This document shows positions 26,753 through 35,379 of a stretch of 64,000 bases of DNA, piece by piece. The stretch spans positions 512,001 to 576,000 of the forward strand of contig OZ242311.1 of NCBI GenBank assembly GCA_965207885.1, written 5' to 3'. Each line of letters starts with the position of its first letter. Position 1 is the first letter of the stretch. The stretch is from Candidatus Latescibacterota bacterium. Its GTDB lineage: Bacteria > Latescibacterota > UBA2968. The notes under the pieces are model-generated. The model was given only the letters and a program-made list of their open reading frames with translations, did not search any database and was not told where the DNA came from. Position numbers and translations under genes: made by a program.

Positions 26753-27511
26753 ATGTCTCTCGCTGCATGTATATGGGCACTGACCTGTGCTGAGGAACTC
26801 GCGTTAGAACAGGTTGCCGATGCGGGGTTTACCCATATTGATATTCGTCCGGGTTGGCTTCGGACAGCCGATCTTCAACAACGGGCCAGAGATCTCGGTC
26901 TCGCTGTTTCGTGTATTGCCGCTTCTGCCGATATGCCCGAAGGGGTGTCCCTTGCTGGGGATAATTTACAAACCGCACGCGACCACATAAATCGGGCATT
27001 TGAACACGGTGCTCGGCTCGGTGCAACGACGGCGTACTTGGTGCCCCAGGGCGATGATGCCGACCTGTTTGCCGAGTCTTTGAGTGTGCTGGCTGATCAG
27101 GCACAAGATGCTGGTGTCAAGCTCGCTGTTGAACACTTCCCGGGTACATTTTTGCCGACGGTGCCGTTTACGCTCACTTATCTCGAGGAGATTGGTCACC
27201 CCAATCTGTATCTGCTTTTTGATATTGGACATGCACAGATGGCGAATGAAGATCCCGCGGATATGATCACGCTGGCGGGAGATCGTCTGGGTTATGTTCA
27301 TCTCGATGATAATGATGGGGAGGAGGATCTGCACCTGGGGCTGTGCGATGGGATGCTTACGCGGGAGGTGCTGCGATCTACATTTGACGCGCTTCTTTCG
27401 GTCAATTATGCCGGGAATATGAGTCTTGAACTCAAGTCGGATATTCCAGAGCCTCTCGATGCGCTGAAGAGAAGTCGGGGGATTGTTAGAAGTGTGAAGT
27501 GTGAAGGATGA
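26753..27511 (+). CDS. Sugar phosphate isomerase/epimerase (AP endonuclease 2 TIM barrel)
   Basis: LAVEH, FDIGH, YVHLDDNDG..DLH, SLE metal ligands. Confidence 0.88.
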   Translation: MSLAACIWALTCAEELALEQVADAGFTHIDIRPGWLRTADLQQRARDLGLAVSCIAASADMPEGVSLAGDNLQTARDHINRAFEHGARLGATTAYLVPQGDDADLFAESLSVLADQAQDAGVKLAVEHFPGTFLPTVPFTLTYLEEIGHPNLYLLFDIGHAQMANEDPADMITLAGDRLGYVHLDDNDGEEDLHLGLCDGMLTREVLRSTFDALLSVNYAGNMSLELKSDIPEPLDALKRSRGIVRSVKCEG

Positions 27512-27575
27512 AGTGTGAAGAAGCACCCGATCTGGGGTGGTGTTGGGTGGATTTCTCACTTCACACTTCTTACTT
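27490..27575. repeat. Inverted array of AAGTGTG heptamers between convergent genes
   Basis: (AAGTGTG)n on the left, (CACACTT)n-like on the right. Confidence 0.7.
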
Positions 27576-27579
27576 GCTT

Positions 27580-28566
27580 TTACAGTTTGACTACAACCCG
27601 TCCGCGCATTTGTCCGGATAGGATGCGATCTATTTGGGTATTCAGGTCTTCCAAACCGCATTCTGCGATTATGTTGTTCAGGGTGTTGATTTTCCAATCT
27701 GTGGCGAGACGTTGCCAGATTTCTAGTCTGAGGTCCATGGGGCATAAGACGGAGTCGATGCCGATTAGTTTGACGCCGCGGAGGATAAATGGATATACTG
27801 TGGTGTGTAGTTCGGGGGATGCGACCAGGCCACAACAGGTTATTACGCCGTGATATTGCGTTGTTTTGATGAGTGTTGACAGGATGTTTCCGCCAACGGT
27901 ATCTATTGCCGCTGCCCAGCGGCCCGATAGGATGGGCCGCCCAGTGTCGTCGTCCAATGTGCGCCGGTCTATGACTTCAGATGCGCCGAGTTCTTTCAGG
28001 AAGTCCGTTTCTGGCGCTTTTCCCGTGGCTGCTACGACTCGAAAGCCGTTTTTGGCCAATATCGCCACTGCGAGACTGCCCACGCCGCCGGTTGCGCCGG
28101 TTACTACGATGTCGCCCTGGTCTGGCTTTATACCTGTTTCGATGATGTGATGGACTGATAGTGCTGCTGTAAATCCCGCTGTTCCATATCCCATGCTTTC
28201 TTTTGTGGTCAATTCTTCGGGGAGTTTGACCAGCCAATGCGCGGGCACTCTGATGTATTGTCCGAATCCGCCCGCGGTATTCATGCCCAGGTCGTAGCCC
28301 GTGACCAATACGCTGTTGCCAGGTTCATAGTCGGGAACGGTGCTTTCGGCGATTTCTCCTGCTGCATCTATTCCCGGCGTGTGCGGATATGCCTGCGTTA
28401 CGCCGCGATGCCCGGTTGCGGATAGGGCGTCTTTGTAATTTAGCGAGGAGTAGCGTACGCGGATCAGTATTTCGCCTTCGGGTAGTTCATCTATTTGTCG
28501 GTTTTCTACGGATCTCGAAAATTGATTCTCTGCTTCGCGTACGACGAGTGCTCGAAATGATGTCAT
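27580..28566 (-). CDS. YhdH/YhfP quinone oxidoreductase (acryloyl-CoA reductase AcuI-like)
   Basis: YSSLNYKDAL, GTAGFTAA, TGATGGVGS, PFILRGV..GIDSV. Confidence 0.92.
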   Translation of the reverse strand: MTSFRALVVREAENQFSRSVENRQIDELPEGEILIRVRYSSLNYKDALSATGHRGVTQAYPHTPGIDAAGEIAESTVPDYEPGNSVLVTGYDLGMNTAGGFGQYIRVPAHWLVKLPEELTTKESMGYGTAGFTAALSVHHIIETGIKPDQGDIVVTGATGGVGSLAVAILAKNGFRVVAATGKAPETDFLKELGASEVIDRRTLDDDTGRPILSGRWAAAIDTVGGNILSTLIKTTQYHGVITCCGLVASPELHTTVYPFILRGVKLIGIDSVLCPMDLRLEIWQRLATDWKINTLNNIIAECGLEDLNTQIDRILSGQMRGRVVVKL

Positions 28567-28668
28567 AAGGGGTCCTCCTTATTGTAATTTAAGAATTGTC
28601 TCTCAATGCGAGATTCAATACACTATATTACACGTTACAACTCTAATCCCAAACAATAGTGTAACACA

Positions 28669-30498
28669 ATGCGATACAAGTCCCTCAAACAGTGCGTTGA
28701 CGATCTCGAGCGCAACGGCCATCTCATCCGTGTTGAACAGGAGGTGGATCCCCATCTGGAGATGGCAGAGATCCATCGCCGCGTTTTTCAGGCGAACGGT
28801 CCGGCTGTTTATTATGCGAATGTGAAAGATAGTCCATTTCCGGCGATTTCCAATCTTTTTGGTACGCTCGATCGCTCGCGTTTTCTCTTTCGGTCAACTT
28901 TGAGATGGGTACAACGCCTTGTCGAGGCCAAGGCCGATCCGGTTGCGTTTCTTCGCGCGCCCTGGCGCGCAATGGGGATTGCGAGGATTGCATTTAATAC
29001 GTTGCCGAAAAAGGTGCGCTTTGGCGCGGTGCTCAAACACAGTACGACTGTTGATCAGCTTCCTCAGATTCAGTGCTGGCCCGACGATGGCGGCCCGTTT
29101 GTTCTTTTGCCCCAGGTTTATACTGAGGATCCCGACCGGCCGGGTGTTATGAATGCCAATTTGGGGATGTATCGCATCCAGCTTTCGGGTAATGAATACA
29201 TACAGAACGAAGAAGTTGGTCTGCACTACCAGATCCGCCGCGATATTGGGATCCACCATGCGAATGCGCTCAAGCGCGGGGAGCCTTTGCGCGTGAGTAT
29301 TTTTATCGGGGGACCGCCCGCGCATACGTTTTCTGCTGTTATGCCTTTGCCCGAGGGTTTGTCCGAAATTATTTTTGCCGGGGGTCTGGCCGGGCGTCGG
29401 TTTCGCTATGCGCGCAGGAATGCCTGTGTTATTTCTACTGAGGCAGATTTTGTTATTACTGGTGTGGTTCATCCCGGCGAGACCAAACCCGAGGGTCCTT
29501 TTGGCGATCATCTGGGGTATTATAGCCTGGCGCATGATTTTCCCGTTCTCCAGGTCGAAGATGTTTGGCACCGGAGAGACGCTATTTATCCCTTTACTGT
29601 TGTGGGGCGCCCCCCGCAGGAAGATACGGCATTTGGCGCACTTATCCACGAGATTACCGGTCCGATGGTTCCCGTCGAGATTCCCGGTCTCAAGTCTATT
29701 AATGCTGTGGATGCGGCAGGTGTCCATCCTTTGCTGATTGCCATTGGTTCGGAACGCTATGTGCCTTACCGAGAGCGACAACCACAGGAGATTCTCACGC
29801 TGGCCAATGCACTGCTCGGTTTTGGTGCGTGTTCTCTGGCAAAGTATCTCTTTATTTGTGCGGGGGAAGATAATCCCCATCTGAATACGCACGATATCGG
29901 TGCTTATTTTATCCACGTTCTCGAGCGGGTGGATTGGCGGCGCGATCTTCACTTTCAAACGCGTACGACGATTGATACGCTGGATTATTCGGGTACAGGG
30001 TTTAATGAGGGTTCCAAAGTCGTGATCGCCGCAGCAGGTGCGAAGAGACGCGATCTGTGGCGAGAGGTGCCGGGTGATCTGGCTCTGCCTGATGGATTTA
30101 AGAATCCCGCGATTGCACTGCCCGGTATTGTAGCTGTTGAAGGTCCCGATTTTAAAGATGCAGATCAGGGGGGTAAGGATGTAGCCCGCCTTGCCGAGAC
30201 GCTTGCTTCTCAGTCTCTCGATGGTTTGCCGCTTGTCCTTATTGTCGATGATAGCGCGTTTTGTTCGCGTACGCTCAACAATTTTCTCTGGGTCGCGTTC
30301 ACGCGGTCCAATCCTTCACATGATGTTTACGGTGTTGATAGTTTTATTGAATACAAACACTGGGGCTGCAATGGGTCGCTGATTGTTGATGCGCGCCACA
30401 AGCCCCACCACGCGCCCCCGCTTGTTGAAGATCCCAATATTACAAAAAAGGTAGAGGCTCTCGGAGCGTCGGGTGGGCCATTGTATGGGGTTATATAG
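28669..30498 (+). CDS. UbiD family prFMN-dependent decarboxylase (long form)
   Basis: NLFGT, NLGMYR, PEGPFGDHLGYYS, VGRPPQED, DTLDYS. Confidence 0.92.
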   Translation: MRYKSLKQCVDDLERNGHLIRVEQEVDPHLEMAEIHRRVFQANGPAVYYANVKDSPFPAISNLFGTLDRSRFLFRSTLRWVQRLVEAKADPVAFLRAPWRAMGIARIAFNTLPKKVRFGAVLKHSTTVDQLPQIQCWPDDGGPFVLLPQVYTEDPDRPGVMNANLGMYRIQLSGNEYIQNEEVGLHYQIRRDIGIHHANALKRGEPLRVSIFIGGPPAHTFSAVMPLPEGLSEIIFAGGLAGRRFRYARRNACVISTEADFVITGVVHPGETKPEGPFGDHLGYYSLAHDFPVLQVEDVWHRRDAIYPFTVVGRPPQEDTAFGALIHEITGPMVPVEIPGLKSINAVDAAGVHPLLIAIGSERYVPYRERQPQEILTLANALLGFGACSLAKYLFICAGEDNPHLNTHDIGAYFIHVLERVDWRRDLHFQTRTTIDTLDYSGTGFNEGSKVVIAAAGAKRRDLWREVPGDLALPDGFKNPAIALPGIVAVEGPDFKDADQGGKDVARLAETLASQSLDGLPLVLIVDDSAFCSRTLNNFLWVAFTRSNPSHDVYGVDSFIEYKHWGCNGSLIVDARHKPHHAPPLVEDPNITKKVEALGASGGPLYGVI

Positions 30499-30587
30499 CG
30501 AATCAACGAATCAGCGAATCAGCGAATCGGGATTTGCACTGACTTTGGGTGGCAGGGTGGGATTCGTCTATTCGTCTATTCGTCTAT
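30498..30587. repeat. Inverted short tandem repeats (GCGAATCA)n / (ATTCGTCT)n
   Basis: Four 8-mers followed by three near-complementary 8-mers. Confidence 0.7.
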
Positions 30588-30609
30588 CTCTTCACGGAGG
30601 ACAATTCTT

Positions 30610-31470
30610 ATGTTCTACCGGCATCTTTTGATCATTCTCAGTGTCTGCCTCGCCAGCTATGGCGAATGCGACTCAGGTGCTCATAAGAAGGGGGAGGGTA
30701 TAACGATTCCGGATATCTACCTGCGTGCGGTGATTGAGGATTCTTTGAACAAGGCGAGAGGGGAAGCGATTACTGCGGCTGAGATGGCGACTTTGACGCG
30801 TCTTGAAGCACCGAATTCAAGGGTTCGCGATTTGACGGGGATTGAGTACGCGACCGAACTGACGGTGCTGAATCTCGGCGATGTATTTATAAATGGCAAC
30901 CGGATCAATAGCAATGAGATTTCGGATATTTCGCCACTGTCGGGTTTGGTCAAGCTGACGGAGTTGTATATCCATCGCAATCAGATATGGGATATTTCGT
31001 CGCTGTCGAATTTAACGGAGTTGGAAAAACTGGATGTTAGTGCGAATTTTCATATTTCCGATATTTCACCGCTGTCGGGTATGACTAAACTGAGGACGCT
31101 GTATCTCTATACCAATGAGATTTCGGATCTCTCGCCATTGTCGGATTTGACCAATTTGAGGTGGCTGAGTTTGAGTAATAATCTGATCTGGGATATTTCT
31201 GACCTGGCGAGTTTGACAGAGTTGAGGGGGTTGGCTCTAAATATCAATGCCGTGTCGGATATTTCTCATCTGTCGGGTATGATCTATATGGAGAGGCTGA
31301 ATATTTGGGATTGCGATATTGTGGATTTATCGCCTCTGGTGGAGAACGCGGGATTGCGTGGGGAAAAGGATTTTATCGATGTGAGGGATAATCCCCTGAG
31401 CGAGACATCACTGAACACGCATATTCCGACGCTTCGGGAGAGAGGGGTCAGGGTGAGGCTGGATAATTGA
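30610..31470 (+). CDS. Secreted internalin-like leucine-rich repeat protein, paralog 1
   Basis: Signal-like N-terminus, IPDIYLRAVI cap, 22-aa ISDISPLSGLxxLxxLxLxxN repeats, DNPLS cap. Confidence 0.92.
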   Translation: MFYRHLLIILSVCLASYGECDSGAHKKGEGITIPDIYLRAVIEDSLNKARGEAITAAEMATLTRLEAPNSRVRDLTGIEYATELTVLNLGDVFINGNRINSNEISDISPLSGLVKLTELYIHRNQIWDISSLSNLTELEKLDVSANFHISDISPLSGMTKLRTLYLYTNEISDLSPLSDLTNLRWLSLSNNLIWDISDLASLTELRGLALNINAVSDISHLSGMIYMERLNIWDCDIVDLSPLVENAGLRGEKDFIDVRDNPLSETSLNTHIPTLRERGVRVRLDN

Positions 31471-31485
31471 CGGAGGACAGTTCCC

Positions 31486-32346
31486 ATGATTTATCGATAT
31501 CTTTTGATCATCCTCGGTGTCTGTCTCGCCATTTATGGCGCGTGCGATGCAGGTGCTCATAAAAAGGGCGAGGGTATAACGATTCCGGATATCTACCTGC
31601 GTGCGGTGATTGAGGATTCTCTGCATAAGGCGAGGGGAGAGGCGATTACTGCGGCTGAGATGGCGACATTGACGCGTCTTGAAGCACCGAATTCAAGAAT
31701 TCGCGATTTGACGGGGATTGAGTACGCGACCGAACTGACGGTGCTGAATCTCGGCTATGTATTGACGAATGGGGGTCGCGTCAATAGCAATGGTATTTCG
31801 GATCTCTCGCCGTTGTCGGGTTTGATCAAGCTGACGGAGTTGAATCTTTTTCGCAATACAATAGCGGATATATCGCCGCTGTCGAAATTGACAGAGTTGA
31901 GAGTACTGGATCTTAGTGGGAATTCCTATATTTCGGATCTTTCTCCGCTGTCGGGTTTGACGGGGATTAGAACGCTGCATCTCTATACCAATGATGTTTC
32001 GGATCTTTCTCCGCTGTCGGGTTTGACCGAGTTGAGGTGGCTGGATGTGAGTAATAATCTCATCTGGGATATATCGCCGCTATCGACTTTGACAGAGTTG
32101 GGGGGCTTGGCTCTGAATAACAATGCGGTCTCGGATCTTTCTCCGCTGTCGGATTTGCCCAGGCTGCGAAGGGTGCATGGTTGGGATTGCGATGTTTCGG
32201 ATTTATCGCCTCTGGTGGCGAATGCGGGATTGCGTGGCGAGAACAGTTTGGTCGATTTGAGGGATAATCCCCTGAGCGATGTTTCGATTAATAAGCATGT
32301 TCCGGTGCTTCAGGAGAGAGGGGTCAGGGTGAGACTCAGTAACTGA
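31486..32346 (+). CDS. Secreted internalin-like leucine-rich repeat protein, paralog 2
   Basis: Same length (286 aa) and architecture as paralog 1. Confidence 0.92.
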   Translation: MIYRYLLIILGVCLAIYGACDAGAHKKGEGITIPDIYLRAVIEDSLHKARGEAITAAEMATLTRLEAPNSRIRDLTGIEYATELTVLNLGYVLTNGGRVNSNGISDLSPLSGLIKLTELNLFRNTIADISPLSKLTELRVLDLSGNSYISDLSPLSGLTGIRTLHLYTNDVSDLSPLSGLTELRWLDVSNNLIWDISPLSTLTELGGLALNNNAVSDLSPLSDLPRLRRVHGWDCDVSDLSPLVANAGLRGENSLVDLRDNPLSDVSINKHVPVLQERGVRVRLSN

Positions 32347-32352
32347 GGGCAC

Positions 32353-33354
32353 TCAGGCACTCGGGTCTTGAAAGACGAGTTCCATGCCGTCTGTGACAGT
32401 GACCGTGATTTGCAATTTTCTCGGTTCTGTCAGGTGTGCGGGGTGGGGTTGTCCGTCGATCCATACGTTGGGATAGCGACACCAGGGGGCGGGTACGTCG
32501 GCGCAGAGGGTGAGCGTGCGGCAGGTGACGCGGTCGCTCAGGTTGTTGAGGTGAAGGCGGTAGTGCTTTTGGGTTTGCGTGTCGGACAGTATTTCGATTT
32601 GGGTGTGGCGTCTGGTCTGGTGGTAGAAGAGTACTTCTTCGGGTACGGCGCACCAGACTTTGTCTCCGCCTTCTGTGAGGATGGTTTCAAATCTTTTTCT
32701 GAGTTGTGGATGCGAGCAGTCTTTGTTGGGGTGGATGGGTTTTTCCAATGGGCAATGGCAGTAGTCGATGATCCAGCCGTTTTGCGCTTGTGCATGGCGG
32801 ATGTTGCGGAATGGGTCGTATTCGCTGAAGAATGGGGCGTAATACTGTTCGTGCAATGCCGTGCGGTTGATCCAGAAGAGCGGGGTGTTTGGACGGTTGA
32901 GGGCGTCGGTCAGGCTCATTGCGCCGAGGTAGCCGTATTTGCGGCAGGCGTCGAGGACGTGGTCCGACATGTTGGCGTTGTTGCCGGGCGCGCAGTAGAG
33001 ATCGACGGGTGCGTCAATGGCGGCTTCGAGTACGTCTTTGGCGCGGCCAATTTCCAGGTCAACCATGTCGGGTTGTATGAGTTCATGGCTATAGGAGTGA
33101 TTGCCAATTCCCCAGCCCCGGGCGAGGAGGTCTTTGAGTTCGTCGGCGTTCATGTGGCGATAGCCATTGTAGCTGGAGTTGCCTATGTTGCGCGTTTCGC
33201 CCAGTTGCCCGACGACGACTTCTACATGTCCCGGGATGCCGTATTCTTCGTGGATGGGAATTGCGAATTGGTGCAGGTCAACAAGGGCTTCGTCATAGGT
33301 GATGGAATAGACCCAGGTTTTGTTGTATTTCCATGGGCATATTGTGAGGGCCAT
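32353..33354 (-). CDS. Polysaccharide deacetylase (NodB-like) family protein
   Basis: SITYDE, GNHSYSH; start MALTICPWKY with GGAG RBS. Confidence 0.8.
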   Translation of the reverse strand: MALTICPWKYNKTWVYSITYDEALVDLHQFAIPIHEEYGIPGHVEVVVGQLGETRNIGNSSYNGYRHMNADELKDLLARGWGIGNHSYSHELIQPDMVDLEIGRAKDVLEAAIDAPVDLYCAPGNNANMSDHVLDACRKYGYLGAMSLTDALNRPNTPLFWINRTALHEQYYAPFFSEYDPFRNIRHAQAQNGWIIDYCHCPLEKPIHPNKDCSHPQLRKRFETILTEGGDKVWCAVPEEVLFYHQTRRHTQIEILSDTQTQKHYRLHLNNLSDRVTCRTLTLCADVPAPWCRYPNVWIDGQPHPAHLTEPRKLQITVTVTDGMELVFQDPSA

Positions 33355-33368
33355 GTTTTTCTCCAGTG

Positions 33369-34127
33369 TCAGGCTGAAAACGCCTGAGCGAAATCTCGAA
33401 ATGTGGTGCTGTATCCCAGTTGCCATTCGAAGATGTGTGTGCCGTAACGGGTAGCCAATTTTTCGGGATAGGTGCTGGGGGTTTCCACGCCGACTGTTCC
33501 GTCGCGCATGAGGATGCATTGATAACCGCGGGCGAGCATGTCTCTGGCTCCGCCTTCGGCGCCGAGGATGCACATGTTGGTTGCAAATCCCGTGTAGATG
33601 AGGGTTGTGATGTCGCGCGTTTTGAGGTAAGTGTCGAGTACGTCGGTGTAAAAGACGAGGGGTTCGTCTTGTATTGGGGAGACGATGGCGGCCCGTTTCA
33701 TGTTTGCAAGTGGCGATTTTGTGAGGTAGTTCGGGCCATGTGCGCGATTTCGCATGGTTTGTGCGCGGTTTTCGGGCTCCGGTTGTGATGTTTCTTTGCG
33801 TCGGGAAGGGATGTGGGGATATTGATGCGCCATCCAATCGGTTTCGACATGGCAGACGGGCATTCCGATTTTGCGCGCGATGTCCATGGCCGGGCGTATG
33901 ACTTCGGCCATGATGCGCGCGGCTTCGGCGGTTGCCTGGGGCCAGCCCATGCCCACGCAGTAGTTGGGGTCGATTGCCGGACCATCTGGACAGCCGATGT
34001 TCCAGCAGTGCAGGCCGATGAGGGCGGTTTTTGCAACGGGTAATTCGAGGCGAACAGATTCGTAACCGGGGGCATCAATGGGCAGGGCGCGATAATACCG
34101 GGCGTTCAAGGAGTATGTGTGTGACAT
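33369..34127 (-). CDS. Isochorismatase-like cysteine hydrolase
   Basis: TLIYTGFATNMCIL, RGYQCILMRDGT. Confidence 0.8.
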   Translation of the reverse strand: MSHTYSLNARYYRALPIDAPGYESVRLELPVAKTALIGLHCWNIGCPDGPAIDPNYCVGMGWPQATAEAARIMAEVIRPAMDIARKIGMPVCHVETDWMAHQYPHIPSRRKETSQPEPENRAQTMRNRAHGPNYLTKSPLANMKRAAIVSPIQDEPLVFYTDVLDTYLKTRDITTLIYTGFATNMCILGAEGGARDMLARGYQCILMRDGTVGVETPSTYPEKLATRYGTHIFEWQLGYSTTFRDFAQAFSA

Positions 34128-34133
34128 GGGGTG

Positions 34134-35378
34134 TTAGACTCGATTCTGGTCGGCGACGGCGGCGACTATTTGGGCGACGAGGTCGCAGTGTTCGGGCTGG
34201 TATTTTTCGCAGAATGTGGTCCAGCGGATGAAATTGTCGAGAAAGTCCCGGGCATTGGGACAGGTGTTTGCGTTGTATGTGTAGGTGTGGGATGCCGGGG
34301 GTTTGGAGAAGGGATGGAGGTGTTTTTCGGCTTTGTCCGTTAAAAAGGGCAGTGCGGCGGGCATGAGATAGTATTTGCCGAGTCCCGCTCCGGTGAGTCC
34401 TGCTTCGGCGACTTGCTGGGCAAAGGATTCGGCGTCGCATGTAAAGGCATTGGGATCGATGTTGAATCCGGCCATCCAGCAGGAATAGGTTTCCATGTAA
34501 TCTGGTATGGATAGCGGGATTATACCGGGAATTTCGGCGAGTTTGTCGGTGATGAGGCGAATCATGCGGTCGATATGTGCAACGGCCGGCCGGATGATTT
34601 CGAGTTGTGCAAGGGTGATGGCAGCGGTCGATTGGGTTATGCGGATCGCGTATCCATTTACGGCGTGTACGCGCCCCAGTCCCTCAACCATTTGCCCGCC
34701 TCTGCTTTGACCGACGAACCGAATTTGTTCGGCGAGTTTATCGTCATTTGTAATTACACAGCCGCCGACGTCGGAGCCGAGTGTTTTTTCGGAGTCGAAT
34801 GAGAAGGCGGCGACATCGCCCAGGGTGCCTGCAAGGCGGCCTTTGTACGTGCCAAATACGGCCTGGCATACGTCTTCAATGACGGTCAGGCCGTGTTTTT
34901 TTGCCAGGGCGTGGATGGGGTCCATGTCGCATATGAGGCCGGTTATGTGGACGGCGAGAATGGCCCGCGTGCGGTTGGTAATACAGGGTGCGATGGTGCG
35001 GGCGCTGATGAGCGGTGTGCCGGGTTCGGTGTCGGGAAAGACCGGGATGTAGTTTTCTTTTAGCAGGCCCATGACCGTGCCGTAGTCGGTGATGGGCGAT
35101 ACGATGATTTCATCGCCGGGTTCGAGATTGAGTGCGGCTGCAAGTATGTTGAGGGCTGCGGTGCATCCAGGTGTGCCGATGCAGTGTTTGATGCCCATTT
35201 CGCTTTCGAAAGCGGCTTCAAATCTCCGAATCATGTCGCATTGCAGACCCGAGGAGACGACTTCCTGGAGGTATGTCAGGCAGTTTGGACCCATGGTGCG
35301 CGGAAAGGGTTGGGGCAAGCTGCCCGTGATTCCTTCAAATGCTTCGGCACCGTATTTTGCGCGTTCTTGTATAGACAT
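34134..35378 (-). CDS. DegT/DnrJ/EryC1/StrS aminotransferase
   Basis: PGDEIIV, IEDVCQA, FSFDSEK (PLP lysine); start MSIQERAK. Confidence 0.9.
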   Translation of the reverse strand: MSIQERAKYGAEAFEGITGSLPQPFPRTMGPNCLTYLQEVVSSGLQCDMIRRFEAAFESEMGIKHCIGTPGCTAALNILAAALNLEPGDEIIVSPITDYGTVMGLLKENYIPVFPDTEPGTPLISARTIAPCITNRTRAILAVHITGLICDMDPIHALAKKHGLTVIEDVCQAVFGTYKGRLAGTLGDVAAFSFDSEKTLGSDVGGCVITNDDKLAEQIRFVGQSRGGQMVEGLGRVHAVNGYAIRITQSTAAITLAQLEIIRPAVAHIDRMIRLITDKLAEIPGIIPLSIPDYMETYSCWMAGFNIDPNAFTCDAESFAQQVAEAGLTGAGLGKYYLMPAALPFLTDKAEKHLHPFSKPPASHTYTYNANTCPNARDFLDNFIRWTTFCEKYQPEHCDLVAQIVAAVADQNRV

Positions 35379-35379
35379 G

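Noticed and set aside
32368-33387. 339-aa plus-strand ORF
   Set aside because: Antisense to the deacetylase, which has real motifs
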